From assembly GCF_036321535.1 (NCBI RefSeq), contig NC_087451.1, forward strand, positions 55,490,001 to 55,554,000: a stretch of 64,000 bases of DNA, written 5' to 3'. The stretch comes from Camelus dromedarius. Lineage: Eukaryota. This document shows, piece by piece, positions 33,546-44,800 of the stretch (the stretch's first letter is position 1; every line of letters starts with the position of its first letter). The position numbers and the translations under genes are program-made. The notes beneath the pieces were generated by a model, which worked only from the letters and a program-made list of their open reading frames with translations, had not been told where the DNA came from and did no database searches.

Positions 33546-35499
33546 TAAAACTGAGCTCTCCTCATGCCTAAACTTGTTTAGGGGAGGGGGTGCAGTTGAG
33601 ACCAAAAATCCTGTACATTTGTTCCATTGAATGGTAGAGAGTGTTGGCTCCATTTTACAAACGAGGACACTGAGGCTTGGGAGGTAAACTCAAGTGTACT
33701 CTGCAGGAACTGAAAGAATTGTCTCCTGACTCCGGGTCCACAGTTGTGTCCTAGAAACTTAGGATCCCAGCCCCCAAAGGGGCAGCTGCCATATCAGTGG
33801 AACAAGGAACAAGGAAGGCATCCCATTCGGCCAGTTGTGTGTCCCTCTGAACTTCTTCTGCCTGGGAAGAGGCTGTTCCTAGCTTTTGTCTGGTCAGGGC
33901 TGGTGGTGGGAGGAGTCTTGCTGAACCGCCCCACCCCTGAGGGCCCTTCCCTTGAGTAGGCTGATAGGACTGAGATCTCCCTGGAAGATGACTGGCCTTT
34001 CAAGACTGACCTTGAGAAGTGACCTCATTCACCCAGTTTTACCCAACAGCACTAAGAGTTGGATGGGCCCTGACTCATCAGCCCTTGCGTAGGCCAGGGG
34101 TCATAGAATCACATAGCTGGGGGTAGCTCCAACATTTAACAGGGCCTGGCATGTGGAGAGGGCAGGAGGGCTGAGCGGATCTCAGTTTGTTATGATTTTC
34201 CAGTAAGCTGTACTGTCAGAACCTCTTGGCTGGGGAGGGGAGTGTATACTATTGAATGTAGTTTCTGTTTTGACTTGACTCTGCTCTCTCCACTTCCCCA
34301 GAAGGAAGGGAGAAACAGCTCAGTTTGGGCTTTGAGATCTTATTTGTCACTGCTGCTGTGTCCTCTCTCTAAATTCCCACTTTTCCAGGGATGTCCCAAG
34401 CCCTCCGAGTGGGGCAGAGTAGGGGCCAGTAAGCCAGCTATGCCAAGGCTGATGGTGTGGGCCACTGAGCCCTGAATTACAGGAGAGCCTACTTTGTGCC
34501 ATCCCAGATCAGCTCCCTGTGGCCAGAGCCCGTCCTTCTGCCCAGCAGTGCTGATGGGACCCTCCACTGGGGCAGAGTGCCAGGGCCCTGCCTTGAAGGC
34601 TGTACCATGGCCCCTAGTAGTAGCAAATGCTACTCTTAATTAAACACAGGCACGTTGCAAGCGTTATTTCTAATCCTTTCAATGGTTCTGTGAAGTGGAC
34701 ACTCTACTGCCCCCATTTTACAGATGAGGAGACTGAGGTTCAGAGAGACTCAGTGATTTAGTCAAGGGCACACAGCCTAATAAAGAATGGCCTTGAGCTT
34801 TTGATTCCAGGTCTGCTGACCAGCCCCCAGACCCACACCCTTTCCCTTGTTCCAGGTGGACACTACAAATCCACAGGCCAGTGAACCTACTGGATGTGGT
34901 CCATGCATGGCCACACACTGACTTGGGCCTCAAGGGCTCGAGGAGAGATGACTTTAAGAGTCAAGTATGGGAAGGGAAGTGCTGAGCCGGATCTGGGCTT
35001 GGGGAAGCCTGAGGGTGAGGGTGAGGGTGAGGTTTGCCCAGGACTTTTGAATTGATCTTTGAAGAGTCAGGGTTCCTCTCAATGAGAGGCAGTCATTCCA
35101 AAATGAGGAAACAGAGGGCCTGGAGACCCAGAAGGGGGACCAGCCAGCCATGGTGTGTCCTGGGAGCGGCCAGTGAGCTGGAGAGTATTGGGGGAGGGGT
35201 AGCAACCACATAGCAGGAGAGGAGTGTGGGGACCCTCACTCTCTGAGGGATTTAACTCACCCCTAGTCCTCCCCCAGTGAGTCGGGGCTCAGGGAAGAGG
35301 AGGGGAGCAGCCACCCTGCCTGCAGGTGCCCAGGAAACCAGTCCTTCTTGCCGACTGCGGGAGGAGCTGCCTGGGCTCTGGGCAGCGCAAGCCACCAATA
35401 GATGGTAGAGTCCAGCTCCAGGAAAGGCTGCCTGAACAGGTAGGGCCACTCCTTCAGGGCTGTGTGTGCGTGTACACCTGTGCACGTGATGCTGCAGGA

Positions 35500-36240
35500 A
35501 AGGGTGGAAATAGTCGTTCAACACATTTCCTGAATATTTACTGTGAACCTGGTACCATTCTGGGTACTGGGCATGCAGCAGTGAGCAGAGCATGGTGAGT
35601 CCCTATTCCAGTGGGAGAAGGCAGGCAGTAAACACAGACCAGTAAACATATAATATGTCTAGGGTGATAAGAGCTGTGAAGAAGAATTAAGTGGGGTAAG
35701 AGGATGGAGGGTGGGGCTAAATAGGGAATTCAGGGAAGGCCTTACCAAAGGGACCAGAGTGACTAGAATGGAGGGAGGAAACATTGCAGAAACATAGGGG
35801 AGGAACTCGGGACAGGACAGCAGGTTCAAAGGTCCTGGGGTGGGAGCATGCTGGATGTGTCCAGGGAACAGTGAGGGACCAGTGTGGCTGTAGCAGAGCT
35901 TTCCAGGTGAAGAGGAGGCTTGTAGGCCAGGGTGGGACTTTGGCCTTTACACTGGGTGAGCTGGAACCATTGGAGGTTTGGGGCATTGGGGAGATGTGGT
36001 CTGCTTTTTACCAGGATCCTTCTGGCTGCTGCACTGAGAATAGACTTGGGACAAGGACAAGGAAGAGTTCAGGAAGCAGGAGCCAGTGAGAGATGATGGC
36101 TCAGGCAGGGTGAGGGTAGTGGTGAGCAGCGGCAGATACTGGCTGGATTTCGAAGGATTTGTTGGTGGTTTGGATGTGGAGAGGAGGACACTGGGCTCTC
36201 CACAGGCCCTGGCTGGGTAGCTGTTAAGCTCTTTGAGGTC
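35500..36240 (-). mobile_element. LINE-2 fragment
   Basis: gttcaacacatttcctgaatatttactgtga...cagggaaggcctt...ggagccattggagg...ggaagcaggagccagtgagagatgatggc...gatttgttggtggtttggatgtgg. Confidence 0.7.
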
Positions 36241-36779
36241 TTTTGACACTGCACGCCTCGGCCAGCACAGGCACTGGAGGCCCCTACATTTGGCTTTTCC
36301 AGGTCCCAGCCCAGCGCTGAGGGAAGCTCACGTGGCCCTGGGACCAGCTCTGCCCCATCCTGGCTGTGGGGGGTTGCGGGCGCTGTGGGCAGGCCTCTCC
36401 GAGCTTCAGTCTCCATCCCAGCCTCATCTCCACAGCTCCTGGTAGGGGGAGGACGTGTGCAGAGGGGCCAGTGTGGGCCACTGCCAGCCGGGATTTGTTT
36501 CTTCTGGCCTGTCTGGATGGTCTGCAGGCCTGTTTGGTCTGCTGTCCTCCCTCCCTGAGCCAGATTCCACCTAGGCTGGCCAGCAGCAGGACATGGGCCA
36601 AGACCAACCTCTTCCCTACCCAGAGCCTCTGCCTCCTGCCCGTCTGTGGATTCTCCATTAACCTGGGCATTAACAGGGGTGCCAGAACAACCCCAGCCCT
36701 GGCCTGAGGCCAGCTCACAGTTGGACAGAGCTCAAGACTGTGTTTCCTCCAAAGAAGAGGCAGGAATGTCATGTTAGCT

Positions 36780-36970
36780 GATCCTTACACAGAAGTCACT
36801 CTGTGCCAGGGACTGTTCCAGGCCATCATGTTTAATAAGTCACTTACTCCTTATAATACCTGTAGGAGGTAGGTGCTGTTGTTACCCCCATTTTACAGAG
36901 GAGAAAACCGAGGAACAGAGAGGTTCAGTGACTAGTAAGGTAGGAATCCAGGATTTGAACCTTCTCCTGG
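36780..36970 (-). mobile_element. MIR SINE fragment
   Basis: ctgtgccagggactgtt...cccattttacagaggagaaaaccgagg...ggatttgaacc. Confidence 0.75.
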
Positions 36971-37994
36971 CTTGGCGTCCAGTTCTTTCTTGGCTTCACT
37001 GATTCCTGCTGATTTTTACTGAGTTAGGGACCCCTCAGGGAAGCCCCCATGGCCAGTGTGGGGCTCGAGCCAGCATTTCCCAAGGAATGTAGCATGGGGG
37101 GCGTGTTTAGAGCCTGTGTCCACTGTCTCCTTGGCCTCGGGAGAGGGTTTGGAGTTGCTGCACTGCTCAGAAGTGAGGATCATTTCTGGATATAGATGAG
37201 ACTTGTTCCCTCCATCTCAGGGTCACAGAGCACAGCTTGTGGGATAAGCTCTAGCTGGAACTTGTACAGGTTGGCCCAGCCTTCCGTCAGAAGTTGGGCG
37301 GAGGAAGGGGTGAGAGGACCCCAGAGGTGGCGGTGGTTATTGAGCACTTCCTCTGTGGTGCCAGGCATTATGCGCTCCCCATGCTTCACTGTCTCCTCTG
37401 ATGCCTAGACAGCCCAGGCTCCATACAGGTATCCCCAGTTTCCAGATGCAGCCTCAGAGGTTTGCCAAGCGAGTAAGGAGCATTGTTCACATTGCAAATT
37501 TGCCTTGGCCAGGAAACGCCAGCCTGGAGCTGCAGAGGGGTGGCTGGAGCTTCCAGCCTGAGCTGTGACTGCTGCCTGGGAAGCACCCTGTCTGTGCCCC
37601 TGCCACCTAAGAACTGTGGAAATTGGGCCCTGGGTGGAGGTGGGCGTGGCTGGGAGGGGAGATGGGAGCTTGGAACTGCAGGGGGCGCCGGGCACCAGAG
37701 GGAAGGGGTAGGATCAGAGATCAGTCCTGTCCTCCCCCGAAAGCCTGTGCACGGAGCTGGGACGGCACCCCACCTCCCGCCCCACCCCTACCCTGGGAAC
37801 ACATTTGTGCAGAGCTGGAGAAACGTGGCCCTTAGTGCACACAGATGGACTGGAGGCTTGGAGGGCTTGCGGATGAATTGTGGAGCTCAGCTTTGAACTC
37901 AGGCCTTTGGGGGTGATACTATTACACGCCACCGTAGGGTATAACCCACTGACACCGACATAAACGCCGGCCCTAGAAGGTAGTAATTATCGCT

Positions 37995-38085
37995 GCCTTT
38001 TTTATTGTGGTAAAATGCACATGGCATAACATTTACCTTCGGAGCCGTTTTTCAGTGGGCAGCCTATGGCGTTAAATATATTATT
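37995..38085 (-). mobile_element. Old L1M 3' fragment
   Basis: ttttttattgtggtaaaatgcacatggcataacatttacc...gtttttcagtg...tggcgttaaata resembles the antisense L1MB-type 3' end. Confidence 0.6.
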
Positions 38086-41000
38086 GTTCCCTTTATTTAA
38101 TGCAACTGAAGAAACCGAGCTAGCATATCCTGGGGCAAGTAAGAGAAGGCCTGGGACGGGGTGAGGGGCCTCCACCTTTGTCCTGGGAGCTTTCCTTGGG
38201 CCCAGAGACCTGCTTTGCCTGCTCCTCTAGGATGAGAAAACTTCCAGTTTCCTCCCTCCTTCCCTCCCTCTCTCCCCAAGCCTCAGCAGCTCAGCTTCTA
38301 CATGCACATCAAGTGTCAAGTCTGCAGCCAGCCCAGGCGGACTCCTTCCCGCTGCACGTGCTGTCCCACTCCTGACACCTCTGAAGGCGCTGGTGGGGGG
38401 CGGTGACAGCAGGCAGTGGGCTTGGCAAGCGGGGTTGCTTCTCCCGGGGGCTAGTTCCTGCCTCCCCTCGTCAGAAGGGCGGACGCGGCTGGTGGAGGCC
38501 AGGCGTGGCTGCTCTGTTGGCCGCCGCCACCTTCCATCCTCCAGGGCCAGGGGCCCGAGAACAGGTGCTCTGGGGACTGTCGAGGGCAGTTCCAGGCCGA
38601 GGCAATTTTCACCTCACAGACTGGCAGGTGGTCTGATGGGGCTCAAGAGCCTTTTGAAGTCATCTGAGCCAGCGATTTTCAGACCACGCCAAGGAGGTGC
38701 CTCAGGGGTGACCCTGGCAGGAGTTTGAGGAAAGACTGATTGGGGGGGCTCTCTGAGGTCACTTCCTGTGGCAGGACCCACAACAGTCCTGTTTTTATCT
38801 GTTATATATTGAGGTTCCAAGTAAAGTTTTTTGCTTGTTTAAGTTTTTCTTGCTTAAAAAGCCACAGACCTTTTTCCCAGATGGAGAAACGGAGATTCGG
38901 TAAGAAAGACTTGCCCAGAGTCACTTGGGATTAGTGGTTGCCCCAAAACTCGGGCTCAGGTCTCAAATTCTGACCGGTGCTCTTTCTACTTCACAAGCTC
39001 TTGCTTGTCCGGACTCTCTTGTAGGGGAGGGTGATACAGAACCCCTCTATTTCTGACTCTTGGCCGGTTGCCCCCACCTTCAGAGCCCTGGGGCTCAACT
39101 CCCACACCCCCCACCCCGGTATCTGCAGCTGTTCCTGGCTCCCCCCCAACACCTCTGCTCTCAGCCCCCATCTGTGTCTCTTGCTTCCACAGGAATGTCT
39201 GGATGTATGAGTGTCAGTGCTGTTGCCACTCTTGAGTGTGTCTCACACCCAAGCTGCTGCCACCCAAGTCCTGTCCCCAGAGGGGGAGGGAGAAAGCCAG
39301 GGGGAAAGACAGATAGACCCGGGAGCCGACTGGGAGTGGGGAAGCCACAGCGCCCCACAGTGAGATAAAGAAGAGGGAGAGAGAGAGAGGGTGAAGGCAG
39401 GTAGAAAAGAGAAGGCGAAAGAGAAACAGAGGAGACTGGATAAGTGGAGAGTCTGATCTGATGTGGGTGGAGAGAGAGGCTCACAGCTGGGAGAGGGATG
39501 GGAGTGAAAGACCCAGAGGGGGTGAAATAAAGACAGCATGGGAGAGGGGTACAGAGACACTTCCAAAGGAAGGTAGAGAGGTAGTCTGTGAGGGACACAG
39601 GAAAGAGGAGGAGAGAGGGAGGTAGGGCTGGCAGGAGACAAGAGGGCAATTAGAGACAAGGAAATGTCACCTGCCCTGGAGCTGTGGCCCTGTCACAGTG
39701 AGGGATGCATGGGGCGTGCAGTCTGGCACCAGATCCGGCTGATGGATATTGGGAGGTCCCATTGCCAGTGGCCTGTCACATCCCCTCTTCTGACTGCCTT
39801 CTTCCAGAGCTGGGCCCAGTTTGCCTTCAGTACCCTCCAGATGAACCTGTCACAGGGACCTCAAGAGTGTGGTAGTCGGGGGTGGCCTTGGGCTGGTGCC
39901 TCTGCTGAGAACAGTCAGCTCCTATCCATTGGGTTTGCCCAGAGGCAGAGGGATGGGCGAGCTGGCTTGCTCAGAAGCTCCTGCTGGCCACAGACTGGGG
40001 GCTTGTTTTGGACTTAGTAGATGGATGGGATCATGGAAAGTAGCAGACTTAGCAAAGGTATGGACAGGACGGCGAATTGGGAGGGGAGATTGTTCACATC
40101 TTGCCTTCCCAGGATCACGGATAGAGATCTAGGGGTCTCCTCCTGGCCCCTGGTGCTGGCGCGGGAGAGGGCTCAGGGAGACTCTTAATTGAGTCCCAGA
40201 AGCTCAGGACCCACCAGGCTGAGTCAGCTCCTTTCTGGCTCCAGACTAAACCTTTCCTTCCCCCGCCCAGGGGACACGGTGCTGCTGCCAGCAAATTGGT
40301 GGAACAGAGGCCTAATGAAACAGAGACCTTAGGCCTGGGGGCTGCATGGCAGGGAGGGAGTGCTCTGGGGGCCCCCTTTGCCTCTAGGGGTCATGAGGAT
40401 TTCAGCCTCGTGGATGTATAAGCAGTTACGGGATGGGTAAGTCCACTCACCTCTCAGAGCCTTGGCTGTCTCATCTGAAGAATAGGTGTGGGCGTGAAAG
40501 GCACTGTGGGCAGTGTTCCGTGTACTCTGGAGCCCAGGGTGAGCCTTGGGTAGTGGCTGGTCTGTCCTCGTTCTCTCTTTAGGTTTTCCCCTGGTCCTTT
40601 CTGCTGCGTAGTTTGGAGCTGAGGGCCAAGAGACCCTCTGGGTCATCCATTTATTCAGCAATTATTCAGCACCCATTAGGCGCCTGCATTAACCAAGTCG
40701 GGGAAAGGCCTGCCTGGTGGAGTTTGCAGAACTATCAGTAAGATGGTTTCAGATGGTGAGAGTTCCCTGAAGAAGGTAAAGCCCTGTACTGTAACCGGGA
40801 CTGGGGACAGGAGGGTGGGAGGCTCCGAGGAGAGGGCTTTGGAGCTGCCACCTGAAAGGACTGGGAAGAGCACTCCACACAGCGGGTAGACCTGGGTCTC
40901 AGGCCCCCAAGGCAGAACTGGGCTGCCATATGTAGGGACCTAAAAGGCCAGGGTGGCTGTCCAGTCAGTTGGGGCCTGGCCTTGTGAGAAGGGCCAGGCC

Positions 41001-41829
41001 CTGTGAGAGGAGCGCTAAGAGGAGCCGGGCAGAGCCACATCCTTCCGGGCCATGCGGAGGGTGCTGACCCTCAGCCCAGTGGGGAGCCTTTGAAAGGTTG
41101 TAAGCTGGAAAGGCAGGATCCGCTGTATGTTCAGAAGAGCTTTCCCTGGCTGTCAGTGTGAAAAAGTGGTTGTTGCAGGGTGACAGAGGCAGCCCGGAGA
41201 TGCGTGCCTCAGGAGCAAGTCGGGCGGCTGGGGGAGAGATGGTGCTGGTTGGGGCTGAGGTGGGGGTGGCAGGGGCGTAGCTAGAGAGAAGGGACCAAGA
41301 TGTCTCCCTCCATCCTGCCTTCCCCGTCCTAGCTTGGAGCTCTCAGAGACACTGCTCTAGGAAGTCCCTCCCAGTTGCCATGGATCAGGGGGTGGGAGGG
41401 TAGGGCTGGCTGCTGGGAGGGAATGTGGCTTTGTGCTGGAAAACAAAGAACAGAGCTTGGGGCCCGTCTTCTCCTGGGGGTGGGGGCAGGCCCAGAGGCT
41501 GTTGACAGGACCACAGGCTGAGCCACAGGGCAGGGCTTGGCAGGAGCAAACAGTGCCCCCAGGCATCGGGGATTCCAGAGCCCTCCTACGGTGAAACATG
41601 GGGCCACAGGGAAATTGGGCAGAGGGGGCCCTGGGCCATGGGGCTAGGACCGGGAGGGGGCATCTATGTTGGGAGTAAGTGACATCCCTGGGGGCTGTGT
41701 GTGAAGGGAAGAGGGAGGTTAAAGGGACCTCCAGGGCCCTGAGGTTTGTGACCTGACCCAGCCACCCTGCCTTCCCTGCAGCCCTGCCGCTGAGGCCCAG
41801 ACCTCCCGCCCTGAGGAGGACCGGCCAGG

Positions 41830-44800
41830 ATGAGCAAGCCGTCTGGGGAACTGGCCCACAACCTGGAGCACAGCCTGCCGGCCGTGGCCTCCCTAGGCTC
41901 GTCACTGTCACAGAGCCAGAGCCTCTCCTCGCACTTCCTCCTGCCACCGCCAGAGAAGCGCCGGGCCATCTCTGACGTCCGGCGTACCTTCTGTCTCTTT
42001 GTCACCTTCGACCTGCTCTTCATCTCCCTGCTCTGGATCATTGAGCTGAACGTGAGTAGGGCGGAGGCTGGGGGCGCAGGCCGTGTTGAGGGAGTTGCCT
42101 GGGCCTCAGTGACTCCATTTGCTGTATGGGGGTAGCCTGGGGAGGGGGTTGATTTCCAGGTAAAATGAAGATGAGAAAGTAAGGCAGCAGTTCTCATTTT
42201 CCAGAGAAAGAATATGGGGCTCAGAGGGGTTGAATCATTTATCTGAAGTCTCTCAGTAAGTATGTAAAGGAGTCAGGGTTTGAACCCAGACCCTCCCGCT
42301 CCAGAGGTCACACTCTGACCTCTGTGCCAATACTGCCCTCTCGTGGACACTCTTGAGAAAGGAGGAGAGGGCCCAGAGGGCCTTGGGTGAGCTATTGAAT
42401 AACTTTTGTCTTCTTTCTGCCCTCTCTGTCTTCATTCATTCATTCATCAGCAAACGTTTTTTGAACCCCTGCTGTGTCCCAGGCACTGTGCTAAAAGCAC
42501 AGGGTAGAATGGGGAGCAGCGAGTAAAAACTCCCAGTTCCTAGTGGCGCCAAGCTCTCCATCCCCATTTTGGGCACTCCTCCAGTTTGCCCTCTTGGGTT
42601 TGGTGAGATGCCACCTAGCAGTCTGGAGACAGAGCTGCCTGTCAGGGCAGGTCTTGTGCAGTGCTTGGCCAGCTGGCCATGGGGTCTCATCTCTGGGCGC
42701 TGACAGGGCACAGCAGGACCTGACACAGAGGCAGGAGCCATGGGAACAGGGCATCCCAGGCTTGGTCCGGTCCCGGCTTCTCCTCTATAGTAATTGAGTC
42801 CCACCTCAGCAAGGGACTCAGCCTGTCTGAGCTTTCCCATCGTTCCCCTTTATGCAAAGTGGGGCAGAGTTCTGGATGGCAGGTGCCCTTCCTCCAGGTC
42901 TCAAGCTCAGGTGTCAGGAAAACAATGACTCTGTTGCTGAAAATGAGTTTGGAGAAGGGGCCAGTTTAGGGTTGCAGAGGATAAGTTGGATTGTGGGCAT
43001 GTCGAGCTGGAGGGGAGGGCAGGGCTCTGTGGGTGACTGTCCTTTGTGCACAGAGATGAACTGGCACCTTCAGTGAGTGGAGCCACAATCACGGAGGACC
43101 TTAGGGACCATTTAACTGATGAAAGAACTGAGGCCCAACAAGGTTTGGGGCCATTTGAAGAGCTTCCGAGGTCTTAGGCTTTCTTTCTTTTGAAGGTTCC
43201 ATCCAGCATCAGAAAGCAGGCACTAAAATTCATCCCCATCCTTCATTCGATATATATTTTCTTGCCGGAAAAGAGCTGAAAATTTTTGATAATTTTACTT
43301 TTGAAATTCTCTGACTGTATTGGCTGTAATAGCTCAGCTGTCATCATGTAGACTTGCGAATTCTTGCAAACTGAGAAAAATCTAACCTCCAAATTGTTTT
43401 CAAACATGATGAAGTTTCAGAATGCCAGATAACAGTATTAGCAGAATTAGCATAATGTTTAACTTGGTAGATTAACTAAAATTTTATTAATTTCCAATTT
43501 TGTCACTTTATTTTTGTATTTAGGAGCATATATATTTTTAGTTTTCTAACAGACTGTGCGTTGCCCAGTGGATACAAGACCCTCGCAAGGTCTTGCAGCC
43601 AGAGCTTGGCAAAGGAGGGTCTGGCGCTGTCCTGAGTCCTGACACAATCGGTGCAAGCGGGTACCCAGGCAGAGAAAGAGTTCTCTGAAAAGAGAAAAAG
43701 ATGGAGAACAGAGCTTTGTTAGGGGTGGGAGAGGCTGTGGAGCCCAAAAGGGCAGTCTGAGGAATAAGAGGAGGGCCAAGCTGGGGTGGGGTGGGGTGTC
43801 AGGCCAAGGGCAGGGGGGCGTTGGACTCCAGGGGACTCAGAGTGGTCCTAAGGTAGAAGCATGTGGTGATGTGTCAGAGGCTCGAGTGTCAGTGAGGAGA
43901 TGTCCAGACTGCTGGCTCCTGCCCTGAGCATCAGAATCACCCGGGAGCTTTATAACGATTCCAGATGCTCAGCTCACCTTGAGATTCAGACCCAGTGGTC
44001 TGAACAGCTGTGTCTTTAACAAGTTCCCCCCACCGCCCCCTCCCCAATTTGGATCATCTGCCAGGGATTAGAAGCCCCAGTCTAGGAGGTTATGAAGGGT
44101 CTTCCCCTCAGGACTCCTGGGCTCCATTCCCCTTGTGTCCCTGATTCTCCGGGGGCTGGTGCCCCCACCTGCAGAGGCATAGGCCTGCCAGCCCACTCCT
44201 ACTGAGGCATCAAGCTGCAGTCTAGTTCTCGGTGTCCATCCAGACCCTCACTCCCCAGCCAGGGACTCGGGGATCCCATTGAAAATATGTGGTTGGCTGG
44301 GGCAGAGGCAAGGACCAGTCTGCTCACTCTCCACTCCCTCGTCTCTAGCAGCGTGATGGATTTTGCCCATTAAGCACAAACCTAATCAATTGATTTGCCA
44401 CCTGGGGCTCCGTCTGACTGCCCACTGCCCACCCCCGGCCCCATCACCCCAGATGGATGGTTGGCTGGGAAGATGGAGCACCGCAGTGGTGGGAGGGAGA
44501 TAAAATTATGTGAGAGGCAAGCTCCCAGCCCCCTGTCTGCCAGCCCTACCTACCTGCATGGGGCGTCTTGCCTCCCCTGCACAGCCCCAAGGCCCTCCAG
44601 GCTTATCCCTTTCTGGGCACTGGGCATGAGTGTCAGAGTCTCTACTCAGCCCTGCCTGTCTGGGCTGCCTGGATCCTTAGAGGAACATTATGAGTGCTGG
44701 GGGTCTCAGGCCTCTGGCTGCCCACCCCCCTCTCCCCCACCATGCCTCCGGAGCCTCCTTGGGTGGTAGCTTAGCATTTACAGCCTCTCCTCCAGGTTCC

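Noticed and set aside
39290-39660. Purine-rich tract and the Ser/Leu/Pro-rich minus-strand ORFs it produces
   Set aside because: GA low-complexity sequence; the ORFs reflect composition only.
40665-40684. RE1-like TTCAGCACC...GGCGCC
   Set aside because: The right half-site is wrong, the spacing is off by one, and it lies within an L2 fragment that commonly gives this phrase.
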